Assembly (NCBI GenBank): GCA_963797095.1
Contig: CAWCNY010000003.1
Location: forward strand, 992,001 to 1,056,000
Reading direction: 5' to 3'
DNA length: 64,000 nt
From: an uncultured Chloroflexia bacterium
Lineage (GTDB): Bacteria > Chloroflexota > Chloroflexia > QHBQ01 > JADMIH01
This document shows, one piece after another, positions 10,132 through 18,945 of the stretch (within the stretch, counting starts at the first letter, position 1; the number at the start of each line of letters is the position of its first letter). Both the position numbers and the translations under genes were made by a program. The notes under the pieces are model-generated. The model had not been told where the DNA came from. It was given only the letters and a program-made list of their open reading frames with translations, and did no database searches.

Positions 10132-10329
10132 TTGCTTAATGAATGAATTCAGCTTGAGGACACCTCCGCCAGGTACTTGCCATCAGGGGCACTACCTGGG
10201 CGCTATGTCGGGTGCGGCCGGTTGTGGGCGATCATATCGGCCAGTCTCCCCGAATTGACCGTTTCCGATTGCAGCAAGACCTGGGCCACCTGGTCTTGCT
10301 GAGCGCGAGAGCCGGTTCAAGATACACGC

Positions 10330-10941
10330 CTACTGGCCCATATGCGCCACCGCGGGTTGGTCCATGAAGTGCCAGCGCACGGAATCCTGTGGCCGGTCGG
10401 GCGTGTGCAGCACCAGAATGAACTGCGCCTCTTCGTCTCCGGGGTTGTGGCTGAGGTGGGGCAAACCAGCCTCAAAGAGCAGCATGTCCCCAGGTTCCAG
10501 GATGTAAGTGGCTTCAGCCACCTCATACCTGATGGTGCCCTTTAGGCAGCAGACGAATTCATGGCCGCTGTGGATCACGCGGCCGCTCCCGATGTTCGAG
10601 TGAGGGGCGAGTGTGAGTAAGAAAGGTTGGATCTGTTGTTTCTCCAACTGCATACCCATGCCCTCTATGGCTACGCCCCGGCTGGTTATCAGTGGGCCTT
10701 GCCCGGCCTTCACATAGATGACGCTGGTCTGCTGGTCGGTTTCGAAGAAGTAGCTCATCTTGACATTGAGGGCGGTGGCCAGTCGCTGCAAAGTAGCCAC
10801 GTTGGGCGAGATCTCGTCGCGCTCAATGAGACTGACTGCGTTCAGCGACAGCCCGCACTGTGCCGCCAACTCTTTCTGAGATAAATTCAGCTCCCTGCGC
10901 AGTTCGCGCAACCTGGCACCGACCGAGAATTGGTTATCCAC
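10330..10941 (-). CDS. XRE-family HTH + cupin transcriptional regulator
   Basis: LSQKELA...SLIERDEISPNVATL HTH; HSGHEF...PH cupin. Confidence 0.9.
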   Translation of the reverse strand: MDNQFSVGARLRELRRELNLSQKELAAQCGLSLNAVSLIERDEISPNVATLQRLATALNVKMSYFFETDQQTSVIYVKAGQGPLITSRGVAIEGMGMQLEKQQIQPFLLTLAPHSNIGSGRVIHSGHEFVCCLKGTIRYEVAEATYILEPGDMLLFEAGLPHLSHNPGDEEAQFILVLHTPDRPQDSVRWHFMDQPAVAHMGQ

Positions 10942-11183
10942 CGCTTACCCCCTTGACAAATTACCAATATAGTGGTATATATTATGTAGAAGATGGCATA
11001 TATGACTAGTAAGTTAGGAAAAGTGCCCAAATTATTGGTAATGACGCTTCCCTGCACTATTATACCACTTCTTACGGCGCTTGCGGTGATTGGTCGCGAG
11101 AATATCAATGCGCTCACAATTTGTATGGGAACAGGCGATTTCGATGATAGGAAGGCCGTTCCCGGAAAGCTGGAGGCGATGTT

Positions 11184-11423
11184 ATGGAAGGAATCAGCAT
11201 TACCAGAGAGTGCGCTGACCAGCGGAGCTTCTGCTGGCCCCCTCTCATGGAGTTGATCCGCAGCCTGAGGCTGGCACAAACAGGAGATGTGTTGGCGATT
11301 CTCGCCAACGACGAAGAAAGCAAAGAGGTGATTCCGCTCTGGGTCGACAAAGCCGGAGAGGAACTCCTCGGCATCGAGACACTCGGCGACGTGACGCGTT
11401 TCGTCGTACGCAAAGTACGATAA
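11184..11423 (+). CDS. TusA/SirA-family sulfurtransferase (variant motif)
   Basis: GGAGG RBS; FCWPPLMEL in place of CPxP; FVVRK C-terminus. Confidence 0.8.
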   Translation: MEGISITRECADQRSFCWPPLMELIRSLRLAQTGDVLAILANDEESKEVIPLWVDKAGEELLGIETLGDVTRFVVRKVR

Positions 11424-11434
11424 GGAGAAATCAA

Positions 11435-11698
11435 ATGGCTACTATGACTGATATTGACCTGACGACTATTAGTGCTGCCAAGACTGTCGATGCCAGGGCG
11501 ATGGCTTGCCCCGGCCCCCTGCTGGAGGCCAAGAAAGGGATCGGCCTGGTCAGGGTCGGCGAGGTACTGGAGATCTGGTCGGGCGATGCCGGTACAAAGA
11601 AGGATATGCCGATGTGGTGCGCCAAGGTTGGACATGATTTTCTCGGCGTAGTTCCCGCCGACGGCTACGACCGCCTTCTCATTCGTCGAATGAAGTAG
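11435..11698 (+). CDS. TusA/SirA-family sulfurtransferase
   Basis: VDARAMACPGPLL motif; AAGGAG RBS. Confidence 0.9.
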   Translation: MATMTDIDLTTISAAKTVDARAMACPGPLLEAKKGIGLVRVGEVLEIWSGDAGTKKDMPMWCAKVGHDFLGVVPADGYDRLLIRRMK

Positions 11699-11779
11699 CG
11701 CTCTCTCAGAGCGCGGCCAGGTCTGGCAGGTTGTCAGGTCCTACAGCCTGCCTGCTGAGACCCGGAAGGATGTGCACCT

Positions 11780-12307
11780 ATGCCGGATAAATCACAAACG
11801 GCCACCATGCCGAAGATCCTTATCCTGGGGACGCTATCGGGCGGCTACCGGGGAGCCGACTCCACCGGGCAGTCGCACCTGGAGTACCCGGCCAACACAT
11901 ACATACTGCCAATCAGAACTGCGGCCATTTTCCCTCCACGCTTCTATCTGGACGCTTTTCGGCGCGGCATCGACGGCATCATTGTGATGTACAGCGGTAC
12001 CGATAGCCCATACAAAGGCGACTCCGAGCGGACCGGCCAGATCATCAACGAAACCTACAAGTCGATGAAGGAACAAGGCCTTGACACGAGGCGTCTGCGC
12101 CTGACGGCGATCTGCACAGTGTGCATGCGCCCGTTCCTCAAAGAGATCCACGAGATGAACGCCCTGCTCGACGAGATCGGCCCGGCGCTGGAGGTTCGGG
12201 ATGCCGAAGGCGGGGTGCGGGATTCCCATTTGAGTCCCGCAGTCCTCACACATGAAGCAAGCCTTCGGCACTCCGCAGTGAAAGGACAATCGTATGGCAC
12301 CCAATAG
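11780..12307 (+). CDS. MvhD/FlpD-like protein lacking the canonical [2Fe-2S] cysteines
   Basis: GYRGAD, AFRRGIDGIIV and RRLRL recall MvhD; lies directly upstream of hdrA-like genes. Confidence 0.75.
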   Translation: MPDKSQTATMPKILILGTLSGGYRGADSTGQSHLEYPANTYILPIRTAAIFPPRFYLDAFRRGIDGIIVMYSGTDSPYKGDSERTGQIINETYKSMKEQGLDTRRLRLTAICTVCMRPFLKEIHEMNALLDEIGPALEVRDAEGGVRDSHLSPAVLTHEASLRHSAVKGQSYGTQ

Positions 12308-13643
12308 CCTACAGGTAGATGTGCTGGTTATCGGGGGCGGGATCGCCGGTATGCAGGCGTCTCTGGACCTCGCCGACCAGGGTTACCGGGTGGCCCTGGT
12401 GGAGAAAAGCCCAAGCGTCGGGGGCAAAATGATCGGGCTGAGCAAGGTCTTCCCCACCCTCGACTGCGCGAGCTGTATCACGACCCCTAAAATGTCGGCT
12501 GTCGCTCACCACGATAATATCGACCTGATAACCTACAGCGAGGTGCAGTCTCTGTCGCGCGACGAGGGCGGCTTTGTCGCCCAGGTGTTGAAGAAGCCAC
12601 GCTATGTGAACGAAGACGATTGCACCGGCTGCCGCTCTTGCGAGCTTGCCTGCCCCCTCGATCTCCCCGACGGCGAGAACGAGTTTGGTCGCACCGCGCA
12701 CCGGGTGGCATACATCCCCTTCCCCACGGCTGTGCCCCAGAAAGCACTTATCGATATCGACCACTGCATCTTTTGCGGCAAGTGCATCCAGGCCTGCCCG
12801 GCGAACGCTATCGACTTCAACCAGCAACCTCAAAATATCGAGGTGCGGGCCGATACCATTATCCTGGCCACAGGCTTTGAAACAACCCCTCGCGATGCCA
12901 AAAAGGAATACGGCTCCGGCAAGCTGCGAAATGTGATCGACGGCCGGATGATGGAGCGTTTGTTGGCCCCCACCGGTCCTTATGGACGCGTGCTGAGGCC
13001 GTCCGACGGCAAGCAGCCCTCTTCCATAGCATACGTTCAATGTGCAGGCTCGCGTGACCTGACGCTCGGTGTGCCATATTGCTCGCGGGTCTGCTGCATG
13101 TACGCCATCAAGCAATCGATCCTCCTCTCCGGCACTCTGCCCATGGCCGATATCACCATTTACTACATGGACATACGCACGTTCGGCAAGGGCTACGAGC
13201 AGTTCTACCAGAGCGCTAAAGCGATGGGCATCGAGTTCGTCAGAGGCAAGGTGGCGCGCGTAAGCGAAGACTCTGACGAGAATCCCGTCGTGCGGGTGGA
13301 ATTGATCGAGGACGATTCGAGGGTAGTCGAGCGCAAGCACGACCTGGTAGTGCTCTCGACGGGCATGCTGCCGGGGTGGAACTCGGAGAACATATTCGGA
13401 GTGGCAAAGGCTGACGACGGCTTCATTCAGATACCCAATTGCAATGTCGCTCCATCAGTGACGATGCGGGAGGGCGTCTTCGCCACAGGCACAGCGACCG
13501 GCCCCATGGATATTGTGGACAGCATCATGACGGCAGGGGCCGCGGCTGCCGAGGTTGCGGCCTACTTGCAGGCCAAGCGTGCCGGCGCTCCGGTGCCAAG
13601 CACCGCTGAAGTCACACCGGAGAGGAGTCTTGTATATGTCTGA
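12294..13643 (+). CDS. HdrA/QmoA-like FAD and Fe-S protein
   Basis: GGGIAG, KVFPTLDCASC, two CxxCxxCxxxCP, QCAGSRD...YCSRVCC, DIRTFGKGYE. Confidence 0.92.
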   Translation: MAPNSLQVDVLVIGGGIAGMQASLDLADQGYRVALVEKSPSVGGKMIGLSKVFPTLDCASCITTPKMSAVAHHDNIDLITYSEVQSLSRDEGGFVAQVLKKPRYVNEDDCTGCRSCELACPLDLPDGENEFGRTAHRVAYIPFPTAVPQKALIDIDHCIFCGKCIQACPANAIDFNQQPQNIEVRADTIILATGFETTPRDAKKEYGSGKLRNVIDGRMMERLLAPTGPYGRVLRPSDGKQPSSIAYVQCAGSRDLTLGVPYCSRVCCMYAIKQSILLSGTLPMADITIYYMDIRTFGKGYEQFYQSAKAMGIEFVRGKVARVSEDSDENPVVRVELIEDDSRVVERKHDLVVLSTGMLPGWNSENIFGVAKADDGFIQIPNCNVAPSVTMREGVFATGTATGPMDIVDSIMTAGAAAAEVAAYLQAKRAGAPVPSTAEVTPERSLVYV

Positions 13644-15783
13644 GACATCTGAAATGCGTGATATGACGCAGCAGCAGCCTACAGATACGCCTGTGGTTGC
13701 GGCTGCCGGTGACGCAGACTCCCCAACTTACACCAACTCAAACCCGCGTATCGGCGTCTACGTGTGCCACTGCGGAGGCAACATCAGCGATACGGTTGGC
13801 TGCCAGGAGGCCGCCGAGGCCCTGGGCAACCTACCGGACGTGGTGGTGGCGCGTGACTACCAGTTTATGTGCTCGGACCCCGGCCAGAAGCTGATTACAG
13901 ACGACATCAACGAAAACGGGGTCAACCGGGTGGTGATCGGTGCCTGCTCTCTCTTCCTGCATGAGCAGACCTTCCGCAAAACGGTGGAACGCGCCGGGCT
14001 AAACCCGTACCTGTACTACCATATCGGCCTGCGGGAGCAGGATAGCTGGGTGCACCACAGCGACCGGAACGCGGCGACCGATAAGGCCATCCGCATGATG
14101 TCCGCCGGGGTGGCTCGCGCCCGCCTCATGAAGCCCCTTGAGCCGGTGAAACTGGATGCCGACAAGCACGCGCTTGTGATCGGGGGCGGCGTGGCCGGGC
14201 TGCGCTCGGCGCTCTCCATAGCTCGGCGCGGCTTGCGCGTCACGCTGATCGAGAAGAGCCAGTTCCTGGGCGGCAATATGGCGCGATGGGACCACGTCTT
14301 TCCGACCGAGGAGGACGCTCGCGGTCTGCTGGACGCCCTCATAAAGGATGTGCTGGCAGAGCCTAACATCACGGTCCACACGGGCGCCGAACTGATATCC
14401 GCCAAAGGCTACGTGGGCAACTTTGAGATGCGCATTCGCCAGCAGCGACGCGGCGTTGCCGAGGATTTTACAGCCCTCGCCGAAGCGGCTGCAGTGTGCC
14501 CTGTCGAGGTACCGGACGAGTTCAACTTCGGCATGAGCAAGCACAAGGCCATTTACCGGCCTTACGAGGGGTGCTACCCTGCCGGTCCCACCATTGATTG
14601 GGAGCACTGCACCAAATGCGGGGAGTGCCTCAAGGTGGCCCCCAAAGGGAGCATTCGCCTGCATTCGGAGCCGGTCGAGTTTGACCTGAAGGTGGGCGCG
14701 GTGGTAGTGGCCACGGGTTTCCGCCCTTATGAGCCTGCCCACGGCGAGTTTGGCTATGGCGAGTACCCCGGCGTGGTGACGCTACCTCAGTTGGAGCGGC
14801 TCCTATCCCAGGACGGCCCGACGGGTGGGGAACTGGTATGGCACGGGCGGCCTGTGCGCAGCCTGGCGCTGATCCACTGCGTGGGCAGCCGCCAGTTGGA
14901 TGGAGTACATGCACCCGGCCTCGATGGCAGGCTGAATGAGTACTGCTCTCGCGTGTGCTGCACGGCCAGTCTTGCCGCGGCGAACCGAATCCGCGAACGC
15001 TTTCCGCAGGTGAACGTGTACGACCTCTACCGCGATATACGCACATATGGGCGCGGTCATGAGGAGTATTACACCAGGGCATCCAAAAACCGGGTGACCT
15101 TCCTGCGCTATTTAGCCGAGGACGGCCCGGCGGTCGCACCCGCACCGCCACCCGACGAGCACCCCCTTCTGGTGAGAGTAAAAGACCAGCTTACATGGGG
15201 CGAGGAAATCGATCTGCCGGTGGACCTGGTCGTGCTGGCGGTTGGGATGGTGCCGTCCCCGGTGCAAGACCTGATCGACATGCTAAAGGTGCCGCAGGGC
15301 ACCGACCGCTTCCTGCTGGAAGTGCACCCCAAGCTCCGCCCCGTCGAGACCGCCGTGACCGGCGTATTGCTGGCGGGCACGGCCCAGGGCCCGATGAACA
15401 TACAGGAGAGTTGCGCGGCTGCCGAGGCCGCGGCCTCCAAGGTGGCGGTGCTGTTGGGCCGGGGCAAAGTCGAACTTGAGCCTTACGTGGCCCAGGTAGA
15501 CCCGGAGCGCTGCCAGGGCACCGGGGAGTGCGTGCGAGCATGTCCTCAGGAGGATGCCATCCGCCTGGAGACCTTCACCGAGAATGGCAAGACGTTCAGG
15601 CGGGCCGTGGTTACGGCGGCCAACTGCAACGGCTGCGGTGTATGTGTGTCGGCCTGCCCCAGCCGGGCCATCGACGTGCAGGGCTGGCGATTGGACGAGT
15701 TCGAAGCGATGGTCGAGGCGATCACCGCGGAACCACCCGCCGGTGAGCCTGCCCACAGACCTGCCATGGAGGCAGTGGTATGA
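13636..15783 (+). CDS. HdrA/QmoB-like FAD and Fe-S protein (no fused MvhD)
   Basis: RIGVYVCHCGGNI, GGGVAG, HCVGSR...YCSRVCC, HPKLRPVET, C-terminal ferredoxin; AGGAG before ATG 13636. Confidence 0.92.
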   Translation: MSETSEMRDMTQQQPTDTPVVAAAGDADSPTYTNSNPRIGVYVCHCGGNISDTVGCQEAAEALGNLPDVVVARDYQFMCSDPGQKLITDDINENGVNRVVIGACSLFLHEQTFRKTVERAGLNPYLYYHIGLREQDSWVHHSDRNAATDKAIRMMSAGVARARLMKPLEPVKLDADKHALVIGGGVAGLRSALSIARRGLRVTLIEKSQFLGGNMARWDHVFPTEEDARGLLDALIKDVLAEPNITVHTGAELISAKGYVGNFEMRIRQQRRGVAEDFTALAEAAAVCPVEVPDEFNFGMSKHKAIYRPYEGCYPAGPTIDWEHCTKCGECLKVAPKGSIRLHSEPVEFDLKVGAVVVATGFRPYEPAHGEFGYGEYPGVVTLPQLERLLSQDGPTGGELVWHGRPVRSLALIHCVGSRQLDGVHAPGLDGRLNEYCSRVCCTASLAAANRIRERFPQVNVYDLYRDIRTYGRGHEEYYTRASKNRVTFLRYLAEDGPAVAPAPPPDEHPLLVRVKDQLTWGEEIDLPVDLVVLAVGMVPSPVQDLIDMLKVPQGTDRFLLEVHPKLRPVETAVTGVLLAGTAQGPMNIQESCAAAEAAASKVAVLLGRGKVELEPYVAQVDPERCQGTGECVRACPQEDAIRLETFTENGKTFRRAVVTAANCNGCGVCVSACPSRAIDVQGWRLDEFEAMVEAITAEPPAGEPAHRPAMEAVV

Positions 15784-16115
15784 ACGCACAAAGCAAAGAA
15801 GCTAAAGAAGCGGCCAGAGAGGCAGCCAGGCAGCGCACGCAGATGCTGTTGGAGTTGCGCAAGCAGCACGAGCAGCAAGTGAAAGAAGCCCAGGAGCTTC
15901 TGAGGGCTCAACAGACGGCCCGCAAGACGCTGCAGCAAGCGCTGCAAGGGGGGCCGCGCTCGATCCCGCAACTTGCCGGGGAGACCGGTATGGCCTCTAA
16001 TGAGGTGCTGTGGCACATGGCCGCTATGAAGAAATATGGCGTGGTGGAGGAGATGGGCATGGACGAGGATGGCGAGTACTACCTGTACAGCCTGTCAAAG
16101 GAGGGGAAGCCATGA
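15780..16115 (+). CDS. Small winged-helix protein
   Basis: Coiled N-terminus then GPRSIPQLA...VLWHMAAMKKYGVV; ATGA overlaps on both sides. Confidence 0.8.
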   Translation: MNAQSKEAKEAAREAARQRTQMLLELRKQHEQQVKEAQELLRAQQTARKTLQQALQGGPRSIPQLAGETGMASNEVLWHMAAMKKYGVVEEMGMDEDGEYYLYSLSKEGKP

Positions 16116-17320
16116 GCGCCACACACACGATAGACACCACCGATGCTGTGAAGGCCACCGGTCACCGCGCCGACCCGAGCTTCCTGCTGGAGCTGAAGAA
16201 ATACGGGGAAGTAAACATCGAGTCCTGCTTCAACTGCGGCAACTGCACCGCGATATGCCCTCTCTCCACGGACGAGACGCCCTTCCCGCGCGGCAACATC
16301 CGCATGGTGCAGGTGGGCCTGCGCGACAACCTGCTGGAGAGCGTAGACCCATGGCTCTGCTACTACTGCGGCGATTGTTCTGCAACCTGCCCGCGGCAGG
16401 CCGAGCCCGCCGAAGCCCAGATGACCATGCGCCGCTGGCTCACCGCTCGTTACGATTGGACCGGTCTGGCACGCAAGTTCTACACGTCCAAAGTCTGGGA
16501 GCTCGGCTCGGTGCTCTTGCTGGCCGCCCTGGTGGTGGGCATGTTCGTTATCTGGCACGGGCCGGTTGTGACCGACCACGTGGCTCTCAATACCTTCGCC
16601 CCGGCCAGCGTCGTGGAGATTGGCGACCTGATCATGCTCGGCGGCCTTTCCTTCTTCCTGCTGTCCAACGTCTTCCGGATGTGGCGATTCACGCTGGGCC
16701 GGGACGAGCGGGCCAACTTGCCGCTCTGGGCCTACGTGACCGAAGCCTGGCAGTTGGTCTACCATTTCGCGACCCAAATCCGCTTCTCGAAGTGCGACGA
16801 GGAGGCAGGGTTGCACTTCTGGCAGAAGGCGCGCTGGCGCAACCACTGGCTGCTGGTGAGTGGCTACGTGGTGATGTTCGTGCTGGTCGTCTTCTTCCTG
16901 GAGTGGTTCCAGACCGATAACTACTACCCGATCTGGCATCCCCAGCGCTGGCTTGGCTATTACGCGGCGGCTGTGCTGCTGTTTGGCGCAGGCACAGCCA
17001 TCTGGGGGCGCATCAAGAAGGACCAGCAGATGCACCGCTTCTCTCACCTCAGCGACTGGATGTTCCCGGTACTCCTCTTCTTGACGGCCCTCACCGGCCT
17101 TCTGGTCAATATCTTCCGCTATATGGACCTGCCACTGGCAACCTACATTATCTATGTGGCCCACCTGGCGATTCTGACGCCCATGCTGGTGCTGGAAGTG
17201 CCGTTTGGGAAATGGTCCCACCTGGCCTACCGGCCCGTGGCCATATATCTTCAGGCGCTGAAGGAGAAAGCGCGCCAACAACAAGCAATTGCTGCCGGAG
17301 TACCCGCCCCGGCCGATTGA
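16112..17320 (+). CDS. QmoC-like protein: HdrC-type 2x[4Fe-4S] domain plus membrane (cytochrome b-like) domain
   Basis: CFNCGNCTAICP and WLCYYCGDCSATCP, several TM helices, PFGKWSHLAYRP motif. Confidence 0.85.
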   Translation: MSATHTIDTTDAVKATGHRADPSFLLELKKYGEVNIESCFNCGNCTAICPLSTDETPFPRGNIRMVQVGLRDNLLESVDPWLCYYCGDCSATCPRQAEPAEAQMTMRRWLTARYDWTGLARKFYTSKVWELGSVLLLAALVVGMFVIWHGPVVTDHVALNTFAPASVVEIGDLIMLGGLSFFLLSNVFRMWRFTLGRDERANLPLWAYVTEAWQLVYHFATQIRFSKCDEEAGLHFWQKARWRNHWLLVSGYVVMFVLVVFFLEWFQTDNYYPIWHPQRWLGYYAAAVLLFGAGTAIWGRIKKDQQMHRFSHLSDWMFPVLLFLTALTGLLVNIFRYMDLPLATYIIYVAHLAILTPMLVLEVPFGKWSHLAYRPVAIYLQALKEKARQQQAIAAGVPAPAD

Positions 17321-17329
17321 GAGGCAAAA

Positions 17330-17397
17330 TGTAATGCGTAAAACGTAAAACGTAATGCGTAGCAGTCGTTAGTCGTCAACTGACAACCGATAACTAA
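17330..17397. repeat. Intergenic heptamer repeats
   Basis: GTAATGC/GTAAAAC x4, AGTCGTT-like x2, CAACTGA/CAACCGA/TAACTAA. Confidence 0.7.
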
Positions 17398-17410
17398 AAG
17401 GAGGTTTCCC

Positions 17411-17773
17411 GTGTCTCAGAAAATGGTAGTTGTATGCAACCACGCCGATCCGAGCGGCATAATGCCCTCGCTGATCTTCGCTTCGTCGGGCATCGCCCTC
17501 GACTACGATGTGCACATGTTCTTCTGCCCAGGCGGGGCGCAGGCGCTGGTCAAAGGCGAGCTGGAGAAGCTCGGAACGCCGAAGGGGATGCCCAACCCTG
17601 TCGAGCTGTTCAACACGATACTGGACCAGGGCGGCGAGGTCGTATTCTGCGAGCTTGCCGTCGAGAGCAAGGATATCAACCCTGAGACGCTGCGCGATGA
17701 GCGCATCGTCGTCGAGAAAGTGCCTCCCTTCCTGATGGGTGCCGAGGGAGCGGGCATGACCTACGTTTTCTAG
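17411..17773 (+). CDS. DsrE/DsrF-like sulfur-transfer protein
   Basis: AGGAGG RBS; VHMFFCPGG and VFCELA motifs; 120 aa. Confidence 0.8.
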   Translation: MSQKMVVVCNHADPSGIMPSLIFASSGIALDYDVHMFFCPGGAQALVKGELEKLGTPKGMPNPVELFNTILDQGGEVVFCELAVESKDINPETLRDERIVVEKVPPFLMGAEGAGMTYVF

Positions 17774-17781
17774 CGTCTCCA

Positions 17782-17836
17782 GGATTTTGACCGCGAGCTC
17801 TCAGGCTGAGTTCCGGAGAGCTCGCGGTCAAAATCC
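17782..17836. repeat. Perfect 21-bp inverted repeat
   Basis: GGATTTTGACCGCGAGCTCTC-13nt-GAGAGCTCGCGGTCAAAATCC. Confidence 0.9.
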
Positions 17837-17850
17837 CAGTGGGTAAGCGC

Positions 17851-18507
17851 ATGAGCACTCAAGCACCAGCACCAGCACCAGCACCAGCACCAGCGCCAAC
17901 GCAAGCGCAATGCGACGCACCGGCTAACCCGTCCGTGGGGAGCAGGCTGCGCGCACGCCGGCGGGAGCGTGGTCTCTCGCAGAGAGAGCTGGCGGAGCGG
18001 GCAGGTGTATCACTGAACTGCATCAGCCTGATCGAGCGTGACGAGATCTCGCCCAACGTGGCTACCCTGCGGCGACTGGCCTCCGCGCTCAACGTGAAAA
18101 TGAGCTACTTCTTCGAGGCCGGCGATCACGCTAATGTCCTTCACGTGATAGAAGCGGCCGATCGCCTTGGCCTCAGCCAGCCCACCTACGACAGCCAGGC
18201 CGCACATGGTACAGGCTACAAAGTGTCGCTTGAGGACGTATGTTCCAGCCTGGGAGAGCAGGCGATACAGCCCTGTGCGCTCACGCTCAAGCCTCACGCC
18301 TCGGCAGGCGGTTATGCGGCGCAAACCGGCCACGGGTTCGTCTATTGTCTGCGGGGCAGTTTGAAATGCGACCTGGATAACGAGAGCTATCTACTTGAAC
18401 CGGGAGAAGCGCTGCTCTTTGAAGGCACCGGTCCGCACAGGTGCGAAAACCCGGGCGAGACTGAGGCGCACTTTGTGCTTGTACTTCAGCCCCCTGAGGG
18501 CGCTTAG
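17851..18507 (+). CDS. XRE-family HTH + cupin regulator (paralog of 10330..10941)
   Basis: SLIERDEISPNVATLRRLASALNVKMSYFFE is almost identical to the first copy; N-terminal (AP)n from GCACCA repeats. Confidence 0.88.
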   Translation: MSTQAPAPAPAPAPAPTQAQCDAPANPSVGSRLRARRRERGLSQRELAERAGVSLNCISLIERDEISPNVATLRRLASALNVKMSYFFEAGDHANVLHVIEAADRLGLSQPTYDSQAAHGTGYKVSLEDVCSSLGEQAIQPCALTLKPHASAGGYAAQTGHGFVYCLRGSLKCDLDNESYLLEPGEALLFEGTGPHRCENPGETEAHFVLVLQPPEGA

Positions 18508-18945
18508 TGCAGGGCACACCCGCCGGGCCATCCCCCTCCTGAACTGGAGCCTGCCGGGGGTCCGGCGCGCCGCCATTCGCTGGCCGATGACTTCAGTCTC
18601 CCCCGGCCATGGTAGCCAACGATTTTTCACCGATTTGTAACGCCCTGTATGCCCGGTCGTATACCTTTCCCTGCTACACTACATGTGGTGGAGTTTGCGC
18701 CATAGCCACTCGACCGGGCATCAGCCAGGCTCCCGACAGAAGTGTAGCTGTTCAACGAGGCATGCGCGGGGGCTTTTCCGGCTTGCAGGTGATTACATGA
18801 GCGCCGGTGCCCTTGAGGATGGGCATTTATGCAATGAGCTGCCAACGATGAAACCGGCTTTTAGCGGGGCCCGGTTTTTTGTTTTCCGGGTATGCACCCT
18901 CAAGAACGTTGAGAACGTGAGCAACTGGGTGCTGAAGGAGGACCC

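Noticed and set aside
16079-17284. 401-aa minus-strand ORF
   Set aside because: Antisense shadow of the qmoC-like gene.
11184-17773. Evidence for methanogenesis or dissimilatory sulfate reduction
   Set aside because: HdrA/Qmo-like genes alone are not diagnostic, and no mcr, hdrB, apr, sat or dsrAB is in the window.
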